In this document: piece after piece, positions 9,968 to 19,697 of the stretch | Numbering within the stretch: the first letter of the stretch is position 1 | Layout of the letters: each line of letters begins with the position of its first letter | Source: an uncultured Steroidobacter sp. | GTDB lineage: Bacteria > Pseudomonadota > Gammaproteobacteria > Steroidobacterales > Steroidobacteraceae | NCBI GenBank assembly: GCA_964457865.1 | Contig: CAYWHG010000001.1 | Location: 54,193-118,192 of the forward strand | Reading direction: 5' to 3' | DNA length: 64,000 nt | Notes under the pieces: model-generated | What the model was told of the DNA's origin: nothing | Database searches by the model: none | What the model saw: the letters and a program-made list of their open reading frames with translations, nothing else | Made by a program: the position numbers and the translations under genes

Positions 9968-10212
9968 AGGCCTCGCGCTTGCCGAACTCGGTGGCGACTC
10001 CTTGGAACGCGGCAACCATTCGACGTTGGGAGCAACCGCTGCCCGCAGCTCTTGTTCGCTCGCGCGACAAAACGGAAATGAATAGTTGCTTTCATCAAGG
10101 AGTCGCCGGCGGTTGTTAGCGCAAACGGTGCGGATCGAAGCGGAGGCGATGGCTCCCTTGGAACAAAACTCAGTTTTGGCCGAATTGGCCAAGTTTTAGT
10201 TTCATACACAGA

Positions 10213-10391
10213 TTCCGCCGTTCCTGGTGGCACGACACTTCGATTTCCTGCGGCATCTCACCGGCTGCCAGTTGTGCCAGGCCGAAGGCATCCAGTTTGC
10301 CGGCGTGATCACGCGCGGCGAAGGCATTTGCGTCACGGGCAAGTTGGATTTATCAGCCGATCACCCAACGCTGGAGCTCTTCGGGACCCTT
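10213..10391 (+). pseudogene. Internal fragment of a cobalamin-independent methionine synthase-like (Meth_synt_2) gene, frameshifted
   Basis: Reads FRRSWW, then after a 5-nt insertion HFDFLRHLTG..EGIQFAGVITRGEGICVTGKLDLSADHPTLE. This matches the family signature EFRRxWWHFDF..GIQFxGVxT..VTGKL..DHP. No N- or C-terminus. Confidence 0.7.
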
Positions 10392-10506
10392 GGTAGTTGT
10401 CATCGTTATATTCATGTCTATATGACGATTGCAGCAGCCGGATTCCTGCCGGCATAGAGGGCGCAGAGCATCTTGCCTACGCGGTAACGACGTACTACTC
10501 TCAGAT

Positions 10507-10525
10507 ATCGGAACGATATACGCAT
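10507..10525. promoter_or_regulatory. Candidate operator (ATGnGAAY-N3-RTTCnCAT family) upstream of SBP-1
   Basis: ATCGGAACGATATACGCAT; reverse complement matches the 19356 site at 14/19. Confidence 0.5.
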
Positions 10526-10688
10526 TTGAGAAGATGCGGTTCTGCGCTGGCACCGGCTATATGTTGTTGGCGCCCTTTGCAGGCCCGATTCGAGTGCCGG
10601 ATCTTCCGTGTGAATTGCTACTGGTTACGTGCGGTAGTCATGTCATCGAAAGAGGTACTGAATGAACAAGTGCGATGTGGCAGGTGGA

Positions 10689-11756
10689 ATGAAAAGCGTC
10701 GTCGTTGCGCTGTGTGCGCTGACGCTCGCAGGGCCGGTAGCAGCGGCGGAGAAGAAGTTGCGTGTCGCAACGCCGACCCCGACTGGACCCGGTACAGCGA
10801 GAATGACGGCCGGCATCGAGCTGGGCTACTTCGCGGAGGAGGGGCTCGAACTCGAACTGCACTCGTATCCAACCACCGTCCCGATCATGAAGGCCGTGGG
10901 CGCGAAAGAGATGGATATTGGCGGCGGTGGCGTGTTTCCCCTGGTTATTGCCAGTCAGCCTGGCAAGGATCGCCTGCCCATCAAGTTTTTCTACAATCAC
11001 CTGCGCTCGTTCAGTTTCGAAGTCGTCGTACCGCCCGAGAGTCCGATCAATAGCATCGCAGACCTGAAGGGCAAGCGGCTCGGACTGCTCTCCCTGACGG
11101 CTCCCTATGCTCAGGTCACCCGGGTCGTGCTGAAGGAGAACGGACTGTCCCCCAGCGACGTCGAACTCATGCCAGTAGGGGAGAACAGAGCCGCTTTCGA
11201 TCTGTTGACGAGTGGCCAGTTCGATGCGTACGAAACATTTATCGGCAACAGCGCCAAGTACGAGGGCGAGGGCAAGAAGCTGAAGCGGTTGCCATACAGT
11301 GACCGGATCAGAAACCTCATGACGTACAGCTACTACGCCCACAACGATACCTTCAAGAACGAGCCGCAGGTTCTCGTCGGCTTCGGGCGGGGAATCGCAA
11401 AGGGCCTGATCACCTGCAAGATTGCTCCTGAGTGGTGCATCAAGACCCTGTGGAAATACTATCCGCATCTCAAGCCTGCGCCCGATGAGATGGAGGAGGG
11501 ATTGAGGCGTCAGGTGTTCACACTGATGTCGACCATGCCGCAGTCCTTTGCGTTTCCTCCTGGTCCGAGGTACTTCGGCCAGTATCCGGAGAATGGATTC
11601 TCGAACCTGATTGACGTCCTCTACGAAGGTGGCGAGATCACGACCCGCGATATCGACCAGACGGCCCTGTACACCAACGAGTTTGTCGATGAGATCAACA
11701 AGTTCGATGTCAGTGCGGTCGAAGCGAAGGCGTGGGAACTCCGGGCGCTCAAGTAG
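10689..11756 (+). CDS. ABC-type substrate-binding protein, NMT1/THI5/SsuA family (SBP-1)
   Basis: Signal peptide, ELGYFAEEGLELEL, SIADLKGKRLG; no permease or ATPase adjacent. Confidence 0.85.
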   Translation: MKSVVVALCALTLAGPVAAAEKKLRVATPTPTGPGTARMTAGIELGYFAEEGLELELHSYPTTVPIMKAVGAKEMDIGGGGVFPLVIASQPGKDRLPIKFFYNHLRSFSFEVVVPPESPINSIADLKGKRLGLLSLTAPYAQVTRVVLKENGLSPSDVELMPVGENRAAFDLLTSGQFDAYETFIGNSAKYEGEGKKLKRLPYSDRIRNLMTYSYYAHNDTFKNEPQVLVGFGRGIAKGLITCKIAPEWCIKTLWKYYPHLKPAPDEMEEGLRRQVFTLMSTMPQSFAFPPGPRYFGQYPENGFSNLIDVLYEGGEITTRDIDQTALYTNEFVDEINKFDVSAVEAKAWELRALK

Positions 11757-11856
11757 ATCGGCTGCCCTGCCCGTCGACAGTCTCGATCATCCGGGTCATC
11801 CCGATTATGCGCCGCTGAGCGATCTGCTCAGCGGCGCGGATTTTCGTCAGCCGTGA

Positions 11857-12393
11857 TCAGTAAGCGGGCTCGTCCTTGCTGAACCGGGTTCCCGTGACCT
11901 TGAGCATCATGGTCAACATCCGGGTAGTTGCACACAGGTCCGCGAGTTCGATGCAGATCGCGTGATCGAAGCGATCTGTCGTTGCATCGAAGGTTGCGTC
12001 CTTGACGTGCCCTGTCTCCAGCAACTCCGAACAGAACTGATGGACTAGCTCTTCGTCAGGCGTCATTCCGGCAGGGCGCTGGCCTGCCGAGAGCGCTTTG
12101 ATCTTGTCGTCAGCGAGTCCCGTGCTCGCGGCATCATCTGTCCGCAGAAACAGATCGGTGGCGCTGTATCGGGCCGATGTCATGAGCATGGCCATGAGTC
12201 GCAGCGGTTCCGGCACATGCAGATTCAATCGCAGATACTGCCAGAGCGGCTGCACGAGACTGGCAACGTCCGGCGAATAGAGCAATGCGGCATAGGCATC
12301 GCCCAGATCAGCGCCGCGGCGCGCGGCGATCTCTGCTGCGATCCGATGCTGACGCGGAGTCATCTGCACGGGTGTGAGAGGTGGATAGCGCAT
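11857..12393 (-). CDS. Carboxymuconolactone decarboxylase (CMD/AhpD)-like protein, degenerate
   Basis: AALLYSPDVA, LRLMAMLMTSARY, MTPDEELVHQFCSELL and IELADL; paralog-like to the adjacent gene. Confidence 0.7.
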   Translation of the reverse strand: MRYPPLTPVQMTPRQHRIAAEIAARRGADLGDAYAALLYSPDVASLVQPLWQYLRLNLHVPEPLRLMAMLMTSARYSATDLFLRTDDAASTGLADDKIKALSAGQRPAGMTPDEELVHQFCSELLETGHVKDATFDATTDRFDHAICIELADLCATTRMLTMMLKVTGTRFSKDEPAY

Positions 12394-12408
12394 GGATGGT
12401 TTTCCTGG

Positions 12409-13122
12409 TCAGGCTTGATCGGGGAACGGACGGCTTGAGACCGGTTCGGTACTCAGGTTGTACACCAGGCCGAGCGTTGCATAGTGTCCATAGATGGCGA
12501 TCAGATCGAGAATGACGGCCTTTCCAAAGTACTTTTCTGCTCTTTCGAACAGCGCATCGGAAACGCCGCCCGTAGCGTTCATCTCGGTGAGGAACTCATA
12601 GACGATCGCTTCATCCTCATTGAGCTTTGCGGGCTTGCGTTGCTCGGCCACCGCATCAATCGCCTCCTTGTTCACACCGCCGCTGCCTTTGCCCCATCGC
12701 TGCTCGTCCCGGCCTGCGCTGCCGGCGTGTGCCAAGCGGGCATGTGCAGTGAACACGCCGGGAGAGTTCACGTGGCGTGCGGCAATCATGATGGTCCATT
12801 CACGAAGTTTCGGCGGCAGGCCCGTATGAAAGCGGCAGTATTCAGCGAGCATCTGCTGTCGATCGAGAATGCCGGGTGCATAGCTCAGGGGCACAAAGGG
12901 TCCGACCAGGCCGCCGTCGCGTCGCGCTTCGACCGCCTCCGCAACCACGCGTTGCTCGTAGTACATCTCCTCCGGCTTCAGTTTGGGATAGCGGCGGCCT
13001 TTCATGTTCATCGGTTTCGTCTCTGTCTGCTGCTGTTGGCTCGTGGCTGCTGAAGCCGACAGGCCGAGCCCGGCGAGCGCCGTGCCTGAGGCAATGAGTG
13101 CATCGCGTCGCGAGAGGGGCAT
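12409..13122 (-). CDS. CMD/AhpD-like protein with Tat signal peptide
   Basis: MPLSRRDALIASGTALAGLGLSASAA (twin-arginine), GPFVPLSYAP, LREWTIMIAARH and LDLIAIYGHY. Confidence 0.78.
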   Translation of the reverse strand: MPLSRRDALIASGTALAGLGLSASAATSQQQQTETKPMNMKGRRYPKLKPEEMYYEQRVVAEAVEARRDGGLVGPFVPLSYAPGILDRQQMLAEYCRFHTGLPPKLREWTIMIAARHVNSPGVFTAHARLAHAGSAGRDEQRWGKGSGGVNKEAIDAVAEQRKPAKLNEDEAIVYEFLTEMNATGGVSDALFERAEKYFGKAVILDLIAIYGHYATLGLVYNLSTEPVSSRPFPDQA

Positions 13123-13186
13123 GTATGGCTCCTTGATGTTTCCTGCTAAATCAGGGTGTGGACAAAGTCTGATAGATGGCGATGGT

Positions 13187-14206
13187 CTAGAAAGTGATGA
13201 CCACCTTGCCGAAGTGCTTGCCGGTTTCCAGATAGCCGAGCGCCTTCTTCAGGTCGGCGAAAGGGAAGGTGCGGTCGATCACCGGCATCCGACGATGCAG
13301 TTCGATTGCCCGCATCAAATCCTGGTTCATCTCGCGCGAGCCGACGGCGATGGAGACAACCTCGATGCCGCGCTCGGCGTGTCTGATCTGGGTGAACTTA
13401 CCGCTGAGGTTGCCGACCGAGGCGATCCGTCCGCCGTCCCTGGTGGCGCGGATCGATTGCTGGATCGTCCCATCGCCGCCGACTTCGAGTACGTGATCGA
13501 CGCCACGGCCGCCGGTAAGGCGGAGGACCGCTTCGCCCCAGTCAGGCACCTGCTTGTAGTTGATGCCGTCCGAGGCGCCGAGCCTGAGCAGGCGCTTCAG
13601 CCTGGCGTCGTCGCTGGAAGTTGCGATGACCCGCGCGCCAGCCATCCTGGCGATCTGCAGGCCGAAGAGGGAGACGCCGCCGCTGCCCATGGTCAGTACG
13701 GAGTCGCCGGTCTTCAGGCGGCCCACCGATATCAGTGCATGCCAGGCGGTAACGCCGGCGCAAGGGGTGCAGGCTGCTTCCGCGTAAGACATGGAGTCGG
13801 GAATCGGCAGCAGGTCCGCCTCGTCATAGACCGCATATTCCAGCGCGACGCCGTCGACCTCACTCGACTTGGCCTTCCATCCCTTCCGCTCCGGGTCCAT
13901 TGGGCCGGTGTACCAACCCTCCATGTAGATTGTTAATACCCGGTCGCCGGGCTTGTAGGCAGTGACGTCGGCGCCGACCTCGACAACCTCGCCGGCTCCG
14001 TCAGAGAGCAGCACCTTCGGCAGAACGGGGTTGCGGAAGTAGACGCCCTTCAGGATTTTCAGATCACGGAAGTTGAGCGAGGCTGCTTTCATCCTGATCA
14101 ATACCTGGCGGCGTCCGGTTGGAGGAACCTCACGAGTCCGCTCCATGAGGCCGTCGTAGCCGATCTTCTCCAGTACGAAGGCCCTGGTAGTCCGGGTGCC
14201 AGTCAT
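13187..14206 (-). CDS. NAD(P)-dependent MDR-family (zinc-type ADH-like) oxidoreductase
   Basis: ASLNFRD, LSDGAGEV, GSGGVSLFGLQ and GKHFGKVVI. Confidence 0.88.
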   Translation of the reverse strand: MTGTRTTRAFVLEKIGYDGLMERTREVPPTGRRQVLIRMKAASLNFRDLKILKGVYFRNPVLPKVLLSDGAGEVVEVGADVTAYKPGDRVLTIYMEGWYTGPMDPERKGWKAKSSEVDGVALEYAVYDEADLLPIPDSMSYAEAACTPCAGVTAWHALISVGRLKTGDSVLTMGSGGVSLFGLQIARMAGARVIATSSDDARLKRLLRLGASDGINYKQVPDWGEAVLRLTGGRGVDHVLEVGGDGTIQQSIRATRDGGRIASVGNLSGKFTQIRHAERGIEVVSIAVGSREMNQDLMRAIELHRRMPVIDRTFPFADLKKALGYLETGKHFGKVVITF

Positions 14207-14235
14207 GTCTTCTTCTTCGAGGCGGGCTGACGTGA

Positions 14236-15126
14236 TCAGAAACGTGCCTGACGATCCTCCGAGACACCGAACTGCTTTTCGAGCGCCTGGACCTCTTCCA
14301 GGCCGAGCAGGGTGAAGAACTCGCGGAAGCTCATCACCTCTTTTGCCAGATTCTTCGCCGTACCTTCGGCTTTTAGCGTGTCCAGTACATTGCTCGCCGC
14401 CTTCACGGCTGCCAGCAACGTGAAGATCGGGTAGATCGCAATCCTGAAGCCCAGGCGTGCAATTTCATCCTTGTGCAGGAAGGGCGTCTTGCCGCTCGAG
14501 GCCATGTTGAAGATGGCGGGGCAGGAGAATGCCTTGGGAATGCGGGCGACCTGCTCCATCTCCGTGGGCGCCTCGACGAAGATTGCATCCGCTCCGGCAT
14601 CCGCATAAATCTTCGCGCGCTTGAGGGCGGCTTCGAATCCTTCCACCGCGAGCGCATCGGTGCGGGCGATGATCATGAAATCCGGGTCCGTGCGTGCCGA
14701 CATGGCCGCGCGGATCTTGGCGACCATTTCATCGGCAGGAACAATGGCCTTGCCGGCGAAATGACCGCAGCGTTTCGGGAGCTGCTGGTCCTCGATGTGG
14801 ATGGCCGCAACGTTTGCCTGTTCGAAGCGGCGCACCGTACGCATGACATTCATGACACCGCCGAATCCATCGTCAGCATCCGAAATCAGCGGCAGACCGG
14901 AGGCAGCGGCAATGCTGTTCGCGTTCTCGGCCATCTCCGTCAGGGTGATCACGCCCGTGTCTGGCTGGCCGAGCCGTACTGCGCATGTGCCTGCGCCCGA
15001 CATGTAGATTGCATCGAAACCCTTCTTCGCAACCAGTCGGGCGGTGACCGCATCCGAAACACCGGGGGCCATCAGAAGATCGCCAGTGGCGAGCAGTTTG
15101 CGCAGTCGGGTGGTGGGTCTTGTCAC
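14236..15126 (-). CDS. Isocitrate lyase/PEP mutase family lyase (methylisocitrate/dimethylmalate lyase-like)
   Basis: DADDGFGG, HIEDQ, PKRCGH and IIARTDA; GTG start overlaps the leuD-like stop. Confidence 0.88.
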   Translation of the reverse strand: MTRPTTRLRKLLATGDLLMAPGVSDAVTARLVAKKGFDAIYMSGAGTCAVRLGQPDTGVITLTEMAENANSIAAASGLPLISDADDGFGGVMNVMRTVRRFEQANVAAIHIEDQQLPKRCGHFAGKAIVPADEMVAKIRAAMSARTDPDFMIIARTDALAVEGFEAALKRAKIYADAGADAIFVEAPTEMEQVARIPKAFSCPAIFNMASSGKTPFLHKDEIARLGFRIAIYPIFTLLAAVKAASNVLDTLKAEGTAKNLAKEVMSFREFFTLLGLEEVQALEKQFGVSEDRQARF

Positions 15127-15635
15127 GGTTTTGCCTTTGCCTTGCTGGGTTCGATCAGTTCGAGCTTTTCCAGCAGCGTGAACACGCCGCCTTCCATCAT
15201 CAGGGAGCGCAGCTCGACGGGGATCGGGGTGATGGGAAGGGTTGCCCCTGTGTCTGTATTGGCTATGGTCCAGTTTTCCAGATCGATGCTGGCGTGCTGA
15301 CCTTCCTTGAACAGATCGTGCACGCCCGGACATTCCATCGCCACGAAACCGAAGTTCACGGCATTGCGGAAGAACAGCCCGTTGAGTGATTCGGCCAGCA
15401 TGCAGGCCAGTCCGACATTCTTGAGCGAGCGCGCCGCCGGGCGGCTCGATCCCATGCCGAAATTTCGCCCGCCGATGAGGATGTCGCCCTGCTGAACTTC
15501 TTTCACCCAGCCGGGCCGGTTCGCCTGAAATACGGCGCGCGCCTGATCTTCCTGGCTGGCGTAAGTCACTTCGCTCGGCACCATCAGATCGGTATTGATG
15601 TTGTCGCCGAACTTCCAGATCTTGCCGCGGATCAT
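15123..15635 (-). CDS. LeuD/DmdB-like hydratase small subunit
   Basis: GKIWKFGDNINTD, GGRNFGMGSSR and FFRNAVNFG; short type. Confidence 0.87.
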   Translation of the reverse strand: MIRGKIWKFGDNINTDLMVPSEVTYASQEDQARAVFQANRPGWVKEVQQGDILIGGRNFGMGSSRPAARSLKNVGLACMLAESLNGLFFRNAVNFGFVAMECPGVHDLFKEGQHASIDLENWTIANTDTGATLPITPIPVELRSLMMEGGVFTLLEKLELIEPSKAKAKP

Positions 15636-16882
15636 TGCAGCGCCCCCGGGTGGGTTATCTTGCCGGCGATCGCTGATGCGGCGACCGTGGCTGGAGATGC
15701 CATGTAGATACGTGCGGAGTTGTCTCCCATTCGTCCCTTGAAGTTGCGTGTGCTCGCCGTGATGCACGTTTCGTTGGGGCCGAGCACACCCATGTGTCCG
15801 CCGTAACAGGCGCCACAGGTGGCGGGAGTGACCACCGCACCGGCCTGAATGAGGGTTTGCAGATAACCGGCATTCGCGGCAGCCTGCATCACGGCTTGTG
15901 AGCTGGGTGTGATGAGGAAGCGCACACCCGTTGCGACATGCCTGCCCGCAACGATGCGCGCCGCCTCGGCGAGATCATCCAGCGTGCCGTTTGCGCAGGA
16001 CCCGATGAATGCCTGGTCGATGCGTACGCCTTCCACTTCCGAGATGGGGCGCGAGTTGTTGATCACCGTGTCGGGCAGTGCAACCAGCGGCTCCAGCGTA
16101 TCGAGTTCGATCGTGCGCCGGGCCCGATACTTTGCATTGGCGTCAGGGGTGACTGGGTTGAACTGCCGGTCCGTGCGCTCCTTCATGTAGTTGAGCAGCC
16201 GGTCGTCGGGCTCGAAGGTCACAAACTCGGCGCTCAGCTCGGCGCCCATCGCGGCGATCGTGCGCCGGGCATTCATGCTCAGTGACTGCATGCCTGGGCC
16301 GCCGTATTCGATGTTCTGGCCCGCGTGTTCGCCAAATTCATTGGCGATGTGCAGGAACAGGTCTTTCGCAGAGACGCCCGGCTGCAACTCGCCGACGAGG
16401 TCATAGCGGACGGTCTCGCCCACCTGGAACCAGGTCTTCCCGGTGGTCAGCGCGTAAATCATGTCGGGGTAGCCGATGCCGCGTGCGGCGGCATTGAAGG
16501 CGCCGCTCGCACAGGTGTGCGAATCGGAGCAGACAAGGACAGATCCGGGCAGGGCATAGCCCCTGTCGGCGACGACCGCATGACTGATGCCCTGATCGGG
16601 ACCAACATCGTGGAAGCGCCTGATCCCGAACTTTCTGACGAACTCGCGGCCGTAGCGATGTGCCTCCGCTGCGGCCTGGTCGGGCGCCGGAACGACGTGG
16701 TCGTAGATCACGGCGACTTTGTCGGGGTCGTGTACCTTGATGACTTCCTTGCGCAGGGTCTTGAAGAAGCTGGTGTCCAGCATCACCACGGTATCGACGT
16801 TGACCACGACGAAGTCGCCGGGACCAACACGGGTTCTGCCGCTGGCGCGCGCGAGGATCGCTTCTGCCATCGTCATGCTCAT
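15632..16882 (-). CDS. LeuC/DmdA-like [4Fe-4S] hydratase large subunit
   Basis: DHVVP, SDSHTC, IGSCANG, CGACYGG and STRNFKGRMG (three Fe-S Cys present). Confidence 0.9.
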   Translation of the reverse strand: MSMTMAEAILARASGRTRVGPGDFVVVNVDTVVMLDTSFFKTLRKEVIKVHDPDKVAVIYDHVVPAPDQAAAEAHRYGREFVRKFGIRRFHDVGPDQGISHAVVADRGYALPGSVLVCSDSHTCASGAFNAAARGIGYPDMIYALTTGKTWFQVGETVRYDLVGELQPGVSAKDLFLHIANEFGEHAGQNIEYGGPGMQSLSMNARRTIAAMGAELSAEFVTFEPDDRLLNYMKERTDRQFNPVTPDANAKYRARRTIELDTLEPLVALPDTVINNSRPISEVEGVRIDQAFIGSCANGTLDDLAEAARIVAGRHVATGVRFLITPSSQAVMQAAANAGYLQTLIQAGAVVTPATCGACYGGHMGVLGPNETCITASTRNFKGRMGDNSARIYMASPATVAASAIAGKITHPGALQ

Positions 16883-18045
16883 CAGGTGCCCTCCTTGCGT
16901 GCGCCGCTGAAGGCCAGCGATGCCAGCACCTCATCATGGTGCTCGCCCAGCCCGGGTGGTTGGCGGCGATAGGTCGGCTTCGAGCGGCTCATCTTGATCG
17001 GAGACGCCACGCCGCGGTACTCCTGAACTCCGACGATCATCTCGCGATGGACTGTGTGCGGATGTTGCACCGCCTCCCGAACGTTCTGTACTGCGCCGCA
17101 GGGGACGCCTGCCTTCATCAGTGTCTCGCTGATCTCTCGCGCATCGAACGCGGCGAGCCTGGTTTCAATGGCAACCTTCAGGGCATCTCGGTGTTCGTTG
17201 CGCAGCCCATTCGAAATGAAACGAGGATCGGCCGCCAGCTCCGGTGCGGCCAGTGTCTGACAGAGAATTTCGAACTGACCGTTGTTGCCGACCGCCAGAA
17301 AGATGGAACCGTTCTTTGCAGCGAAGCGATCGTAAGGCGTGATGTTCGGGTGCGCGCTGCCGGTGGGCCTGGGGACCTTGCCGGAGCGCAGGAAATTGGC
17401 CACAGACGGATGGAGCAGGGCCAGGCCGTTGTCGAACAGCGAGGACTCGATGACCTGTCCTTTGCCGGTGATGTCGCGGTCGCGCAAGGCCATCATGATG
17501 CCGAGGGCCGCATTGATGCCCGTCACGAGATCGATGATCGGGATGCCCAGCCGCAACGGATTGCCGTCGAGTTCACCGTTCACGCTCATCAGTCCGGTCA
17601 AGCCCTGCGCCACGGCGTCATAGCCCGGAAAGCCCCCGAGCGGGCCGTCTTCGCCGAAACCCGTGATCCAGCAATGCACGAGGCGCGGGTACAGCGCCTG
17701 CAATTTCGTCGGATGCAGTCCCCAGCGGCGCAGTGACCGCATCTTGAAGTTCTGCACCAGCACATCCGACTGCTCAAGCAGCTCGAACATGATGCGCTGA
17801 TCGGCAGAGGCATTCAGGTCCAGCACGATGCTGCGCTTGTTGCGATTCGCCCCTTCGAAGTAGGCGGCCGTGCCGTCGGTGAACGGCGGTCCCCAGGTCC
17901 GGGTTTCGTCGCCGTTCGGGGGCTCAACCTTGATGACATCCGCACCATGATCCCCGAGGATCTGTGCGCAGTACGGGCCCCCGAGCACGCGACTGAGATC
18001 GAGCACCTTGATGCCGTTCAAAGCCCCCGTGTTCTGTTCGCTCAT
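16882..18045 (-). CDS. Family III CoA transferase (CaiB/BaiF)
   Basis: KVLDLSRVLGGPYC, GADVIKVEPP, NRNKRSI and GYDAVAQG. Confidence 0.92.
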   Translation of the reverse strand: MSEQNTGALNGIKVLDLSRVLGGPYCAQILGDHGADVIKVEPPNGDETRTWGPPFTDGTAAYFEGANRNKRSIVLDLNASADQRIMFELLEQSDVLVQNFKMRSLRRWGLHPTKLQALYPRLVHCWITGFGEDGPLGGFPGYDAVAQGLTGLMSVNGELDGNPLRLGIPIIDLVTGINAALGIMMALRDRDITGKGQVIESSLFDNGLALLHPSVANFLRSGKVPRPTGSAHPNITPYDRFAAKNGSIFLAVGNNGQFEILCQTLAAPELAADPRFISNGLRNEHRDALKVAIETRLAAFDAREISETLMKAGVPCGAVQNVREAVQHPHTVHREMIVGVQEYRGVASPIKMSRSKPTYRRQPPGLGEHHDEVLASLAFSGARKEGT

Positions 18046-18070
18046 GCGAATTTATTCCTCTGTATCGATG

Positions 18071-19243
18071 TCAGTACGAGCGCGGCAGGTCGAGTGCCTT
18101 CTCTGAGATGAAGTTCATGATCATCTGCGGGCTCACGGGCGCGATGCGGGCGATGAAGCATTCGCGCAAATAGCGTTCGACGTGATACTCCTTCGAGTAC
18201 CCCATGCCGCCATGGGTCATCACGGCCGTCTGGCAGGCTTCGTAGGCCGCTTCCGCAGCAAGAAATTTTGCGCTGTTGGCCTCGACGGCGCAGGACTGGT
18301 CGGCGTCGTACTGCGAAGCGGCGTGTTCCATCATCAGTTCAGCTGCTGCGAGGTTCATCCAGCAGCGAGCCAACGGGTGCTGGATACCCTGGTTCTGACC
18401 GATCGGGCGGCCGAACACGTGGCGCTCCGTAGCGTATTGCGAGGCTTTCCGCAAAGCGGCATAGCCGAGCCCGATGGCCTCAGCCGCGATGAGAATGCGC
18501 TCGGGATTGAAGCCATGAAGTATCTGGCGAAAGCCGTTGCCTTCCTGACCGATCAGGTCATCGGCAGGCACACGCCAGTTCTCGAAGAACAGCATGTTCG
18601 AATCGACCGCGTGGCGACCGAGCTTGTCGATCTCGCGTATCTCCACGGCCTGTCGATCCAGCGGCGTGTAGAAAAGGCTCAGGCCGTCAGTGGGCTGTCT
18701 GACCTGATCGATGGGCGTGGTACGCACCAGGATCAAGGCCTTGTGCGCGACCTGCGCCGTCGAAATCCAGATCTTGGATCCTGTCAGCCGATAGCAGTCG
18801 CCGTCGCGCACGGCACGGCTTTGCAGTCGCGCAGTGTCGAGGCCCGAGTTCGCTTCCGTCACGGCAAAACAGGCTTTTTCCCGGCCTGCGATGAGCGGCG
18901 GCAGCATGCGCTGCTTCTGCGCGTCGGTGCCGAACTTCACCACAGGCTGCAGGCCGAAGATGTTCATGTGGACTGCTGAGGCGCCACTCATCCCGGCGCC
19001 GGACTGCGCAATCGTGCGCATCATCACGGCAGCTTCCCGGATGCCGAGACCGGAGCCGCCATACGCCTCCGGCATGGCGATACCCAGCCAGCCGCCGTCG
19101 GCGACGGCGCGGTAGAACTCTTCGGGAAATTCTCCGGAGATGTCGTGGGCTCTCCAGTAGTCGTCGCCAAACTGGCTGCAGAGCTGCTCTATCGGGCCGA
19201 CGATCTCCTGTCGGCGCGAGTTCGTGTGTATTGAATCCAGCAT
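18071..19243 (-). CDS. Acyl-CoA dehydrogenase
   Basis: FAVTEANSGLD, GSKIWIS, RHVFGRPIGQNQGIQ and HGGMGY; start re-assigned to ATG 19243. Confidence 0.92.
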   Translation of the reverse strand: MLDSIHTNSRRQEIVGPIEQLCSQFGDDYWRAHDISGEFPEEFYRAVADGGWLGIAMPEAYGGSGLGIREAAVMMRTIAQSGAGMSGASAVHMNIFGLQPVVKFGTDAQKQRMLPPLIAGREKACFAVTEANSGLDTARLQSRAVRDGDCYRLTGSKIWISTAQVAHKALILVRTTPIDQVRQPTDGLSLFYTPLDRQAVEIREIDKLGRHAVDSNMLFFENWRVPADDLIGQEGNGFRQILHGFNPERILIAAEAIGLGYAALRKASQYATERHVFGRPIGQNQGIQHPLARCWMNLAAAELMMEHAASQYDADQSCAVEANSAKFLAAEAAYEACQTAVMTHGGMGYSKEYHVERYLRECFIARIAPVSPQMIMNFISEKALDLPRSY

Positions 19244-19290
19244 TGGAGGCAAGCCATCGAATAGACGTGTCGTGCGCATTGTAGCACGAC

Positions 19291-19305
19291 GTTCGATAAT
19301 GAGAC
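19291..19305. promoter_or_regulatory. IclR (PcaR/PobR)-like operator next to a minus-strand extended -10
   Basis: GTTCGATAATGAGAC resembles the recalled PcaR-type GTTCGATAATCGCAC. On the minus strand it is followed by GTGCTACAAT, upstream of the acyl-CoA dehydrogenase operon. Confidence 0.5.
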
Positions 19306-19354
19306 ACAAGTGGAGGACGGGCAAAAGTAAGGCGTGGTCCGCGGCCTATACGTG

Positions 19355-19404
19355 TATGAGAATGTCATTCCCATCTTGACAATGCTACGGTTGAGACAGA
19401 TGCT
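19355..19404 (+). promoter_or_regulatory. Operator palindrome plus sigma70-like promoter of the nicD-like gene
   Basis: ATGAGAATGTCATTCCCAT (19356-19374) immediately before TTGACA (19376-19381)-N17-GATGCT. The 32-bp block is duplicated, inverted, at 55023-55054. Confidence 0.8.
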
Positions 19405-19697
19405 TGCGCGAATGTTTCCGGGCGTGCGTAAGTGCGCGATTACTGCCGAATGCCGGGCCACTGACAATCCGGGTGTGGCCTCTTGCTGCAGTTTTGAGTC
19501 GCGCGAGCGCCTTGCTCTTCGCGCAGCTGCTGAAGCAGTGACTGATGTTCGCTGAAGGACTCGGATTTCCTCCACCAAATGCGTCGGCGGTAGTCGCTGG
19601 TCTATCCAGTGGGATCACAGCGAGCGGCGATGGCAACGCACGGACAGCCGGACGATGGTGTTGTCCCAACGGGTTCGCAGCTTGCTGGAGGAAAGTC

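Noticed and set aside
15123-16882. Leucine biosynthesis leuCD
   Set aside because: Embedded in a CoA-transferase/lyase catabolic operon with no leuA; leuB-like is 33 kb away and divergent.
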